Origin: Eledone cirrhosa
Taxonomy: Eukaryota
DNA: 64,000 nt
Assembly (NCBI GenBank): GCA_964016885.1
Contig: OZ024740.1
Coordinates: forward strand, 123,256,001-123,320,000
Reading direction: 5' to 3'
Shown: positions 24,060-36,500 of the stretch, piece after piece
Layout of the letters: each line of letters starts with the position of its first letter
Position numbering within the stretch: position 1 is the first letter of the stretch
Translations under genes and position numbers: made by a program
The notes under the pieces: model-generated
What the model was told of the DNA's origin: nothing
Databases searched by the model: none
The model's input: only the letters and a program-made list of their open reading frames with translations

Positions 24060-27000
24060 CATCAAGTCACAACCAGTGACCTCAAGAGACAATAATGTCC
24101 ACCATGTTCAAGAAAGAACATACATACACACACATGCATATTTAGGTGTTTAGACTTGACAGAATCTTCCTTAGTATATGGGCAGTTCCCATTAGTACTA
24201 TCTTTTGTAGTTCTCCTATACACGGGTTTCCTGGGATTTGCGATAAGCAATGATTTGACCCCTTAGGCATCATTCCGAGAGCGCCTACAACCACTGGTAT
24301 TGTTTTAGTTCTCAACTTCCACATTTATCCAATTTCTATCTCCAGGTCCTTATACTTGTTCAATTTTTCAAATGTTTTTATAGATACAATCTTGTCTATT
24401 GGAATGGACATATCAATTAGCAGGCATACCCTCTTTTTAAAGTCCTTCAGTATTATATCAGGTCTATTTGCATCTATTTTTCGGTCTGTTTGGATGCTAA
24501 AGTTCCACAAGATTGAGATGTGAACTCTTTCAAGTACTGGAGGTGGTTGATGCCCCCACCAATTCTTTTGATTCGGCAGGTCAAAATGCTTACACATTAT
24601 CCAATGTATGTATTGTGCAGCTCTGTCGTGCCTGTTTAGGTATTCGGTGGGAGATATAGGACTGCACATTGAAATTATATGATCAATATCAATGGTTGTT
24701 TTTTTACATACGCGGCATAATGGGTTGCATCCATTTTTTATTATGTTGGCTTGAGAGATTTGTGTTGGCAGGCACTGATATTGTGCTGATATCATCAGTC
24801 CTTCAGTCTCCGATTTCAGTCCAGATGATGCCAACCAATGATGGGTTAAAGTTTTGTCAACATCAGCATTGTTAGCTCTTTCTGGGTATTTCCATACAGA
24901 GGCTTTTCCTGCCATTTCTTAGCCAGTTTCTGTAACAGTTCTTTCTTTGTCTTTCCAGTTACTTTTAACTGGTTTGCTTTTTCAGTGTTTTTCATTTCAG
25001 CAGTAAATGGAAATTCTAAAATTTGTAGTTCATTACTGTATCTGTGCATCTTTTGTAATGGAATATGATCTTTTGATTCTTTCATGTTTCAAAACGTGTT
25101 TGATCATCCAATCATGTGATTCCCTTAGATATGTAGATAATCCAATTGTTGCAGTTTTCAAAGCAATATCTAACTGGATTAATCCATGTCCTCCCTCTTT
25201 CCTAGGGAGATATATTTTCTGTATCTGCCTTAGGGTGATGCATTCTGTTCATGGTTAAAAATCTTCTAACTTTTTATATCGAGCCTACGGATCTCTGTGC
25301 TTGACTGGTTGATGACATTGAAACTGGAGGTTACTACTGGTATGGCAAGCGTGTCTATGGCATCGATCCTATTCCTTGCATTCAATTCCCTTCTTAAGAT
25401 TGCTCTTACTCTGCGGTAACATTCCTTCCTTATCCTTTCCCTCATTGTCGAGTGCTTGATTCCGTCTCCTTCACAATCACCTAGATATCTGTAAGTTTCC
25501 ACTCGATCAAGTTCTCTTATTACATTCCCCCGATGAACATTAATGTCTGAACTTCTCAGCAGGTTTCTTCTGGTGAACGTGACTTTGGCGCATTTGTCTA
25601 GTCCAAACTCCATTTTAGTATCATCTCTGAACTGTTCACAGTCGATAATAGCCCTTGCAATTGCTCATCATTTTTTGCAAATAGTTTCAGGTCATCCATG
25701 TAGAACAAGTGATTAATGGTTTTGTCACAGACTTTATATCCATGTTTTGTTTCATTGAGTATTTTACTTAATGGCATAAATGCGATGCACAATAAAAGCG
25801 GTGATAAAGAGTCACCCTGAAAAATTCACAATTTATATTAAATTCTCCAGCTTTCAGTGATTTTTTTTCACTATTTAAAAGGAGTGTCGTTTTCTATGTC
25901 TTCATACTGAATGACAGGAACCTCCTGATAACGGGAGATATTTTGAAAAGTCTCTAAACATTTTTCAATCCAACTGTGGGGCAAACTATTAAATGCTTTT
26001 TTGTAATCTATCCAAGCAATTGATAGACTTTTGTATCTATTATGACAATCTTCCAGTATCATTTTGTTAACCAAAAGCTGATCCTTACAGATATATGAGC
26101 CTCGTTTACACCCTTTCTGCTAATTGGTAAACAGATCATTTGTTATCAGGTGGTCATATGTATATTCAGTTAGGACTGATGTTAAAATGTTATACATTGT
26201 GGTCAAGCAAGCTATCGGTCTGTAAGTTTTGGTATTGTTTGTCTCATCATTCTTCGGAAGTAGGAATGTAATGCCGTTAACTAGACATGATGGTATCTTT
26301 TCTGGCTCCTTAACTATTCCATTGTAAAATTGGGCTAACAGCTCATGAGACTCCATGAAAGCATTTATCCAAAAATTTGATATGTTGTCTTTCCCTGGGG
26401 ATTTCCATTTGCTGGATTTTCTAAGAGCTAAATGCAGATGTTCAACTGTTATATTTTCCCATGTTTGTTCCTCAAGGGGAGCTGTATATTTCATTTGTCT
26501 GTCTATCCATGGGGCATGTATATTATGAACTTTTTCTTCGGCCCAAATCTTTTCCCAGAATTCTTGCACTTCCTCCTTGGGTAGTATTGATTTAGCAGTT
26601 ATTGTTGACGTGCCAATTTTTCTTCTCGAAATTTCTTTGGTTGTTTTTGAACATATTATTGTCCTTATAGAATCTAGATCGTTTTTCAAAGCGCCTTATA
26701 CGAGCACCTTTGACTGACACTTTTTGCTTGATTGTTTTTATCAGCATGTCTATGTCACTTGTTGATTTTATACTGTATTTTCTTTTCAATTTTCTAAGTT
26801 TAGTTTGTTTAACATGTTCACCTACTTTGTAGTTTGCTAAAATTTCTATGTCAGATTGGAGAAGGTTTATTTAGCGATTGATGTTCTCTTGCCAAGTAGG
26901 TTTCTTGTGGGAATTCCTTTGTTTTTTTTCATTTTCACTCCACATAAGTGAGTGGTGACTTTAGCCGATGCATAATGGAGATGATTTAGATCAGTAATGC

Positions 27001-27860
27001 TTAGTTTATTTGCGATGATAATGTTTTTGTGTATAATCCTTTGGTTTATTTTTGGAGTTTGGAGTTTTGGAGTTGGAGTTCTGGATTTTGTCAGATTCTT
27101 TCATTTTCATCCATTCGATCATAATTTCATTCTTCAAGTTGGCGAGTTCATCCTTATTAATTTCTTTATCATTGACGATCTCATTGTTTTCATTTTCTGT
27201 TTCATCTTGAGCATGCACTCCTTCTACTTTTTCGATTCTTTCTTTAATTTGTTCTGCTGTCAGTGATTCCGCCCAACCCTGGGATTTGAAGTGTTACAAT
27301 TTACCTCGTTTTCACTAACACATGTTCCATTTTCCCTTCGCTGACTTTGCACTAATTACTTGATCTTATCAATTTCTATATCAGTTAGTAACTTTTTCTT
27401 GACAATATTTCTTCGTATATTGGCTAGTTTCTTACTGTCAATATAGCCTCTGTTTTCGGGATGTTTCTTTTTCCAGTTGATATATGTCTGTTCTTTATTC
27501 GATCTATTTGATGGGTGGTACATGGCAGTGTAGAAAGCCTCAAGGACTTCTTTATTGTCTTCCCTTGACAATTTTTCTCTCTTTTTCTTTGGATTTGTCG
27601 GTGGTGAGCATGGAGGGCCAACAGTAGGAGTATTCCGAATTGATGGGAAGGTTTGAACCATTAGCTGATTTTTCGATCCGGTATGAGATTTTATCATTTG
27701 ACATTGGCTTTATTTTGTTGCGTTTTATCCTTAACCGCCAAGGGGTAATCATTTCGTGTTACCACTCCTAGGACAAGTGTCAACGAAGAATAGAGAGGTC
27801 ATCCTCCCCTAGAGACATGGCTATTCCCCGCCGGTCGCCATCCCGGTATTTCTTGGTCAT
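24060..27860 (-). mobile_element. R4/Dong-type non-LTR retrotransposon (RT + restriction-like endonuclease), disrupted
   Basis: WKSPGKD, YRPIACL, AWIDYKKAFNS, NHLFYMDDLKLF, MEFGLDKCA, CRVC…DHIISMC, RHD, RPDIILKD…LLIDMSIP, KYKDL, PVVVGALG. Confidence 0.92.
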
Positions 27861-27948
27861 GGTTTTTTTTTTTTTTTTTAAATTGTTATTATCATGAGTG
27901 GTTCCTTAATGTGAGTCCCTCTATTATCATCACCATTATTATTATCAT

Positions 27949-28170
27949 TGCGGTGGATTGGCAGAATCGGTAGAGAGTCCGACGCCATGCTTTGTAGCAT
28001 AGAGTTACGGCCTTTTATGATCTGTGTTCAAATCCCACCGAAGTTAACTTTGCCTTTCATCCTTACGGGGTTGATAAAATAAAGTACCAGTCACGCACTG
28101 TGGTCGATTTAATCGACTTTCCCCTCCCCCCAAATTGCAGGCATTGTGCCTATATAAAAAAAAACATTAT
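27949..28170 (+). mobile_element. tRNA-derived CORE-type SINE, full length
   Basis: tggcagaatcgg, gtgttcaaatcc, gcctttcatccttacggggttgataaaataaagtaccag, tail …cattattat. Same family as 11748. Confidence 0.8.
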
Positions 28171-28171
28171 T

Positions 28172-31100
28172 ATGGCTCAGTCTTTGAAGACATGGTTCAC
28201 TTTGCTCCTGTACGTTTGTTCAATTTTCGCTGTTATTCAACCTTTTGCATTGAAATACTGATATCGTTTTGAAGCCCAGTGAACCAGTATCCTTGTGATA
28301 TCATTCGTTTAGCTCCAGTTGAAGCTCTTAGGAGCCAAATCTGTGTTTGTTTTAGAAACACACCCCTCAATTTTCTTTCAAAATTAAGATGGCAGACAAC
28401 AATATTGTATCTGCTAAACAGGATGGCGGGATCTCGTTAGAATGGAACAGAAAAAATCTGAAAGCAATAACAGCAGTAGCAGCAGCAACAGTACCCAAAA
28501 TATATTTCGCGAAATCAAAGCGGACTTTCCAGCTCTGCCAATGTTCACACACACTGAATGCCTCCACCCCCACCACAACGAGAGTAGGCGTGGCCAACAC
28601 CACAAACAACACCAGCCCCACCACCACCACTGAGACAATGGAAACTAAAAACAAAATAAACACACATGACAGCAACAACATAAATGATAACAATAATACC
28701 ACCACAACTAAACGGAATGATGGGCAGTCCTTAGAATAGAACAGCCAAATTTCTGGAGACACTAACAGCAGCAACAGCAACATGAAGAACAGCAGTAACA
28801 GCAGTACCAGCAACAACAACACCAACAACAAGACCAGCAGTAGCAACAACACCACCAACAAGACCAGTAGCAACAGTAGCAGCAGAAAAAATGATACCAC
28901 TAAAAAAGGGAATATTTCTGTTATGGGCGTGGTCAGAAATGTAGAGACAGTGATAGTCACGGCAGAAGATGTGGTGATCGCAAGGGCCATTGTGACTAGA
29001 AAAGCCAATCGCGACTCCTTGAAACCTCCAACTGATTTTTTCAATGACCAGCAGTTATGGACAGTGACTTATCGCACTCTAAGCAAAAGAGCACATCAGG
29101 TGGAGAGAGCCACGGAGGTTCAGACACAAAAGGCCTTGGGGCGCATTTGGGCACGCAAAACCCACATCACCCGCGGCAATAAATATGCCACAGTAGACGT
29201 ACATTTTGCCACCCTTCAAGAGGCGAAGTCTCACACTTTAGTAACCATAAACATGGCAAATAAAGAACTCATAGAACATATAAAGCAGCACACAGACATT
29301 ACAAACAAAAATTGCAACACCCCACCAACACCAAGAATATTACCAAAAAATATAAACATTGTCGAAATTAAACTAGAACATTATAAACATTTAAAACAAA
29401 AATTCTCCAATGCAGTTGGAGACTTCAGAAGGCCGGTTACCAAGAAAATATACACGGACATTATCTTGGAGACACCCATGACCAGCCCAAGGGACGGTTC
29501 GACTGTCCCTTTCCCATACGATCAGGATAGGTGATCCTTTCTCACTTACTCTATTCCTCACCGAACATGGCCTTACTTAGAATAGGCAGTATAAATGTAT
29601 GTGGCCTGGGGTCATCTTGGAAGCAGGGCCGCCTGCACCGATCTTCGGTGGCTACGATGTATACGCATCTCCCAGCCATCCAGGAGTGGTTTTTCAGAGA
29701 GGCTTGGATCTCGCCATACGGGCCATCTTCCTGGACCCAGAAAGTAAGTCGGTGGTGTTGGACGTGACTGGCAGCGAAGGCAATGCTTTCAGGCTAGTAG
29801 CCGTCTATGCCCCAACAGGGACATGACAGCCAGATTTCTTCAGACGTCTAGAGACCTTTCTGGGAATGTCCTGCTCTTTAGTATTAGCGGATCACTGGAA
29901 CGGTATCTAAGATGCAAGCCGGGATTATGTGGGGCTAGTAAATAAGGGAGGAGGATGTAAAAGCCTCAACAACCTGATCACCGTTTTCAACTGTCTAACA
30001 GGTATCAACTGGATTATCCGAATGTACCAATCTGGACATGGGAAAACCCCATCGGGTCATCCAGATCGTATCTAGATAGGGTATTCTGTAGGGAAACAGA
30101 TAAGGCTAGTGTAGGTTGTCCACAATTTAAAGTAGTCGATTACACGGACCACGAATTTGTGATCTGTGAAGTTGACTTAGATAGACTACATAGGCAAGGA
30201 TCTGGTTAATGGAAGCTGAACGCGCCGTTCTCGGTGCACAAAGCTTACAGAGACTGGATTAGCGAATTAGTTAAGCGTACGTTGACGAGTGCGATCGTCA
30301 ACAACAGGTGGTGGTTTACCCTGAAAAGGGCTATTAGAGTAGAATCGATAAAGTTTAGCAAAGGAGTAGTGATAGAGGAAAATAGAGTAGAAGAAGAACT
30401 ATTTAGAAAGTTAGAAGAGGCGTTTAGGACAGGCATCGCAACCGACGTGCTTGCGGCGAGATTGGTACTCGACCAATTCTTTAACACAAAGCACGAAGGC
30501 TGCATTATCAGAGCTAGAGCATGTGCTCTGAGACTCGAGGAGACAAAAGCTGTCCAATGGGCCCGGGGCGCAACGTGGCAACAAAGCCACGATAAATCCT
30601 TGCCTGACCAAAACGGCTGCATGTTACTCGAACCCGAACAAATGTGTGCAGCTTTTCAGCAGCACTTTGTTCAACTGTTTGGGAGCGACTGTGGGCTGGA
30701 TCGGAGTATGAACTTCAGTGCATACCTCGACAGACTACCGCAGCTCTCGACGACAGCAGCGCAGTATTGCGAAAAGCCAATAGCAGCATGTGAAATATAG
30801 GAAGCGATGTCTGACAGCATGAGGGGTAAATTGACAGGTTTGGATGGTCTGCCATACGAGCTTTATGCGTACATGCGGGACTTGTTCAGCGGCCTCTTGG
30901 CAGATGTCTACTGCAACTGACAGCAGAACGATAGCATTCCCAGTTTTGTGAGCCAGGGAGCAGTGGCGCTGTTGAGAAAAGACCCAAAGAAAGCGGAAGT
31001 TATAGACAACTTCAGGCCCATAACTCTGTTAAATGCAGATTTCAAGATTTTGGCCAAGGTATTAGCAACGAGATCGGCGCTTTTTATCGGTGATCTGGTG

Positions 31101-33500
31101 GGAGAGGTGCAGACATGCGCCATTCCAGACAGATCCATCAACTACAACCTCCGCCTCATGCGATACATCATAGAGAGGGTGGTTAAGGAACCTGACACGG
31201 GTGGGGGTCCTCATCAACTTAGATCAATCTAAGGCATTTGATAGTGTCGACCATCGGTACCTGGCAGCGGTCAGTTTTGGGCTCATTTTCAGAGGTTGGA
31301 TCGCTGCGATGTACAGCGACATCTGCTCAGTTGTGAAGGTGAACGGTCATCTGTCACAGCCGTTCAGCATCATGCGCTCGGTCTGCCAGGGTGGTCCCCT
31401 CTCGTCGCTCTTGTACGTATTGGCCCTAGAGCTGTTACTGCACAAATTGGAGGTGATGAGAGGCGTCCCACATGAATTGGGATTTGGGAGATCCATATCA
31501 GCTACGCTGATGACGTAACCATGTCACGCACGGAATATGTCCAGATGCTCACCATCGCTCTCAAGGAATATGAAGCAGTGACAGGAGCAGAGTTAAACCA
31601 GGAAAAGTCGGTGGGCTTTCTGCTCGGCACCTGGAGAGGCAAGTCCATGCTGCCCAACAGCGTCGTGGCGTGTTGGAGGAAGGACCGGTTAAATTGCTCG
31701 GGGTCGGGTTTGTCCGGATCTCCAGATGGAGAAAATCTGGAGTGAGGTAACGAGCAGGGTGGCCTCTCTCACCCAGAAATGGGCCGAGAGGAAGCTGATA
31801 CTGAAAGGTTGGGCGGAGGTGGCAAATGCGTTCATCGCATCATCTGCTCCCACCTAAACATTGTGCCTTGACCCGGCCCAACTCTGACAAATATGGAGCG
31901 CCTCCTCTTTCCGCTTTTTATGGAAGGGACATGCTCCCATGGTCAGACGATCCATCTGCTGTCAACACCTGTTGAGTGGAGGACAGGGCATGCCATGGCT
32001 GATGATGCACACGTGCTGAGGCTGCGACATCTCTGATGCCTCTTGATGGTTAATAGGTGTGGTCGCCATTTGCCAGACCTGTTTTTCCCCAGCTTGTCTC
32101 ATTGACGGACCTGCAGTCCTGGATCAGGAAAAGACCGAGGGATAGCGCTTGGAAGCTGGAATGTCTCCAAGCGCTCGGAGCCTTCTACCTGCTGGGCACT
32201 AGTATCGGTGGAACATCCACCTCGGCGTTATTTAGAGGGCTAGTGGAGGGAAAGCGTGACGAAGTTCTCGGGGAGAACCTGGGCATCGAAGACAATCAGA
32301 TGTTCGCTCTCTTCAAGAGAACTTTCAGACTAGGGCCTATGGACAACTTTCAGAAATCCTTGGCCTGGTAGTGCTACCGGGGAGCATTGCCGGTTCGGGA
32401 TACGCTCTACAGGCGCGGAAGTACTGTCAGCTGAGCCTGTCTGAGATGTACGCAAGGCGACGAAACCGTCCTGCACGTACTCGTTCAGTGCCCAAGGATT
32501 GCTGACTTGTGGGGCTATGTCGATCAGTTGCTGTCGCGTGTAGGACGGATCCGGTTATCGACTGAGTCCATTGTGCAGATAGCCGCACCATCCTCCTTTA
32601 AAGAAGAGGAAGGGCAAGCAGTTTGCATCTGCCTGGTGGCCATGGCAAAATAGATTGTGTGGTGGACAAGGTTAAAAGGGTTGAAGACGGACATTTTCCT
32701 CTTCGGCCAATCCCTGATCAAACTTTTCAAGTTTCACTTGAAAAGGAAAATCAGGGTGGAGAGGCAAGTGCTGTCCTCTAGTAAGTTTGTTGATAGGTGG
32801 TTGAATGTGGCGAGTCTGCTCCGAGATGTGGGTAGGGCGACGAAACCATCATGCCGCACTCGTTCGGTGCCCAAGGATTGCTGACATATGGAGCTATGTC
32901 GAACAGCTGCTGTTGCGTGTAAGACGGATCCGGTTACCGACTGAGTCCGTTGTGCAGATAGCTCCGCCATCCTCATTTAAAGAGGAGGGAAGGCAGGCAG
33001 TTTTCATCTGCCTGGTGGCCATGGCGAAAGAGATTGTGTGGTGGACATGGTTGAAAGGGTTGAAGACGGACACTTTCCTCTCCGGCCAACCCAGATTAAC
33101 TTTTTCAAGTTTCACATGAAGAGGAAAATTAGGATGGAGAGGCAAGTGCTGTCTTCTAGTAAGTTTGTTGGTGGTTGAAAGTGGCGAGTCTGCTCCGAGT
33201 GAACGGGCCCGCTCCGAGTATGCGCCTGTAGACTGAGGAGTGGCAAAAATGAGAGAGGGCGCTTGCGCTGGTGGTCAGGGTGGCCTTGGTCTTTTGTATG
33301 GTTTTCGCCACGAGTGACCCTCGGAGGTTTCTCACTGGGGAATTTTTGTTGTTTGAATTTTTTTTTTATTTCTATTCCGATTTATATCATGTTATAACCT
33401 GTGTACACGACCAAAACCCACTTTGTATCGTCCTCTACTGTTCTGTGCCGTCTCTAATGATTTTCTTCATGTTAGCGCTTGTGGCCAATAAAGAAAGCAT
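28172..33500 (+). mobile_element. L1/Tx1-type LINE copy A (diverged subfamily, internally deleted, 3' duplication)
   Basis: ORF1 remnant homologous to copies B and C. ORF2 LRIGSINV, AVYAP, YLDR, NFRPITLLNADFKILAK, LDQSKAFD, QGGPLS. 3' aataaagaaagcattatt. Confidence 0.9.
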
Positions 33501-33503
33501 TAT

Positions 33504-33548
<45 letters not shown>

Positions 33549-33576
33549 TATTATTATTATTATTATTATTATTATT
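33500..33576. repeat. (AAT)n to (TTA)n microsatellite between LINE copies A and B
   Basis: Read directly. The repeat orientation flips mid-array. Confidence 0.95.
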
Positions 33577-36500
33577 GGCGACCTACGTAGTAAATCGTAT
33601 TATCGTGAGCTCCGCAAAGGTTTGTTATTTTCAGTTGTTTAAATTGCCATTTATGGAAAATGTTTATTGTTAACCGTATATATGTGTACATACATTGTTT
33701 TCTGAAAAGGACACTCAAAAAGATTGGGGCATTGAGCCCAAAATTTTAAACTTTTATAATTATCAAACAAAGATTTTTCTTTGAAAAATCATGGACGACA
33801 CAGAGTCACACCTTCCTCACAAACTAACAGCTCACACCGACACCGCCATTGTAAATATAACTACGTTTGCCAACACTAAAAATATAAGCAGTAGCAATAT
33901 TTTAAATTTGTCTCAGGCAGACATTCATTTCCCGCCATTACCAATGACTGCAGGTGTTAAAGCCGCCACCCCCACCACCACCACCGCGACAACAGAAACA
34001 AAAGAAAAAAAAATTATCTCGTGTTATCGAAATGAATTCAACCAAAATGAACTCTTCCACACCGAACACCACTGTCGCCACCACCACCACCACAACTGAA
34101 ACTAAAATTAACAATATCAAAAATAACGATAACAACAACAGCAACGATAAAATTAAGAAAACCACCCTGAGTTTGCCAGAGTAGCAAAAACGTGCGAAGC
34201 ATTCCAGGTAACTCAGGAGGAATTAGAAGAAGCCGAAAAAATGGTAGAGAGAGATGGGTACATGGTCAGCCAACCCCCAACCCCCAACCCCACCCCCACA
34301 CACACCTAATAAAATGGAGCATCGGCGCCTACCTATGCACCGTGTCTTATCGGACGATTAACATAAAATCGCGCCGAGTGGAACGGGCATCCGAGTCACA
34401 AATCCAAAAAGCTTTGGGATATGTGTGGGCAAAAAAACCCACAACAGACGTGGGCAGAAATATGGAACCGTGCACGTGTTCTTTGAAACATCACAGGAGG
34501 CCAGAGAACACTCCATGGCCCCATTAAGAAGTGACAACTTCACACTCGTCCCAAGCTATTGTGGCCAGGGACTCGTGAATATCAGGGTGACGCACTTTCC
34601 ACCGGCCATCGAAATTCCCTGGCTAATAGCTGCCATCCTCGCCGGCATCAAAGGCAGCACCAAGATATTCGAAATAGCGAAATAAAAGCAGGAGAACTGG
34701 TCCGGATCTGGGATGGAGCTCCTGATCCAAGCGGAATAAAAAAGCATTGAGGAGATCCCAGTGGTAATACACCTTACTGACGGCAGCCACCTCACCCTAA
34801 TCGTCGAGTGCAGAAGGCCAAGGTGTGTCGTTTGAGGTGAAGGAACCCACCTAGGGCTTTCTGCCCTCAGGCTAAAAAGTTGAGGCCACCTCTCTTACCC
34901 ACCCCAGTGACTCAACCATCAGCACCACCAGCAGCAGAAATGGCAGCAACTGTAGCAGCAACAGCAGAAGCAACTGTAACAGCAACAACCCCAGCAACAG
35001 TAGCAAAACCAACACCACCACCACCCGACGCGCCAGAACTAGCACCAGCGCCTACACCATCCACCACGCCACAACCGAAACCAACGCCTGTGGAGGATTT
35101 TCCACTCCCCGACCTAGCGCAACTGGAGACAGATTGTGACGACGAGGAGTGGGAAACGGTATCAGGAAAAAAAAAAATAAAAAAAATAAACCAAAAAAGA
35201 AATAAAGTCTCTTCCTCCCCCCTCCAAAAACAAAATAGAGTGTGAAACAAATAAACTATCAAACAAAAATGTTAGGACAGCTATGCCACCATCCACACCA
35301 GCATCACCAACCTAATCACCACAAACACTAACACCACCACCATCATTAAACCCAACACCACCATCACCAACACCACAAAAGTCATCAAAAAGTGAAACAA
35401 AAACAAACCCACAACAAACGCAAACAAAACAAAACAACCAAAACGATACACACTACACAGCATTAAATTTGAAAAATAAACAATTATTACACTAGATCCA
35501 ACACAACACCACCAGCATCACAGAAAAATACTACACAACAACGCAAAAGTTTACAACACCTCCACACATACAAATCACTCGCATCACACAGAAAACGTAC
35601 ACGACACTAAAACAAAAATTCCCCAAAGACATCGGAGACTTCCGACAAGCACACTCCAGAAGGATTTATAGGGACATCCTTCCGGAGGGGACCACAAGCA
35701 GTGAAAAGGATGGAGAAACCATCCTTCCTCTACGAGAAGTAAGGTAAGTGGTCTTTCCCATCTTTTCCACTCCATTTCAACATGAACGCACTCAGAATAG
35801 GCAGCATAAATGCGCGTGGCTTGGGGTTGTCATGGAAGCAGGGCCACCTGCTCAACGACCTCAGGTCACTAAACATAGATGTAGTGGCCATCAGCGAGAC
35901 CAGAATCCCCGAAGCACGGGCCTTCGCACCGATCTCCGGCAGCTATGATGTGTATGCATCTCCCAGCCTCCTGGATCGGGGGGTGGAGTTGCTGTGCTTT
36001 TTCGGAGAGGTTTGGATCTTGCCATACGGGCCATCTTCGTGGACCCAGAAGGTAAGTTGTTGGTGCTGGACGTGACCAGCGGAGACGGGCAAGCTTTCAG
36101 GCTAGTAGCCGTCTACGCCCCGACAGGAACAGGGCGGCCTAATTTCTTCCGCGTCTGGAGACCTTTCTTGGAACGTCCCGCTCCTTACTGTAGTGGGCGA
36201 CTGGAACGGGACCTTAGATGCACGGAGGGACTGTGTGGGATTAGCGGATAGGGGAGAGGGTGCAAGAGCCTCACCAAACTGCTCAGGCGTTTTGAACTGT
36301 CTGACAGGTACCGATTGATTTCCGGAATGTGCCAATGTGGACCTTGGAAAAACCGTATAGTGTCATCCAGATCATATCTAGATAGAGTATTTTGTAGGGA
36401 AATAGATAGGTCCAGCATAGGCTGTACACAATTCAAGATAGTCAGCTACACGGACCACAAATTCGTGATCTATGTGCTTGAGTTGTATAGGCTTCATAGA

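Noticed and set aside
27720-27860. HDV-like ribozyme at the R4 element 5' end
   Set aside because: Hairpins are present, but I could not assign the P1/P2/P3/P1.1 double pseudoknot.
28367-29044. Hydrophobic membrane-protein-like ORFs (also 34912, 41992)
   Set aside because: They are antisense shadows of aca/aac-rich LINE ORF1 sequence.
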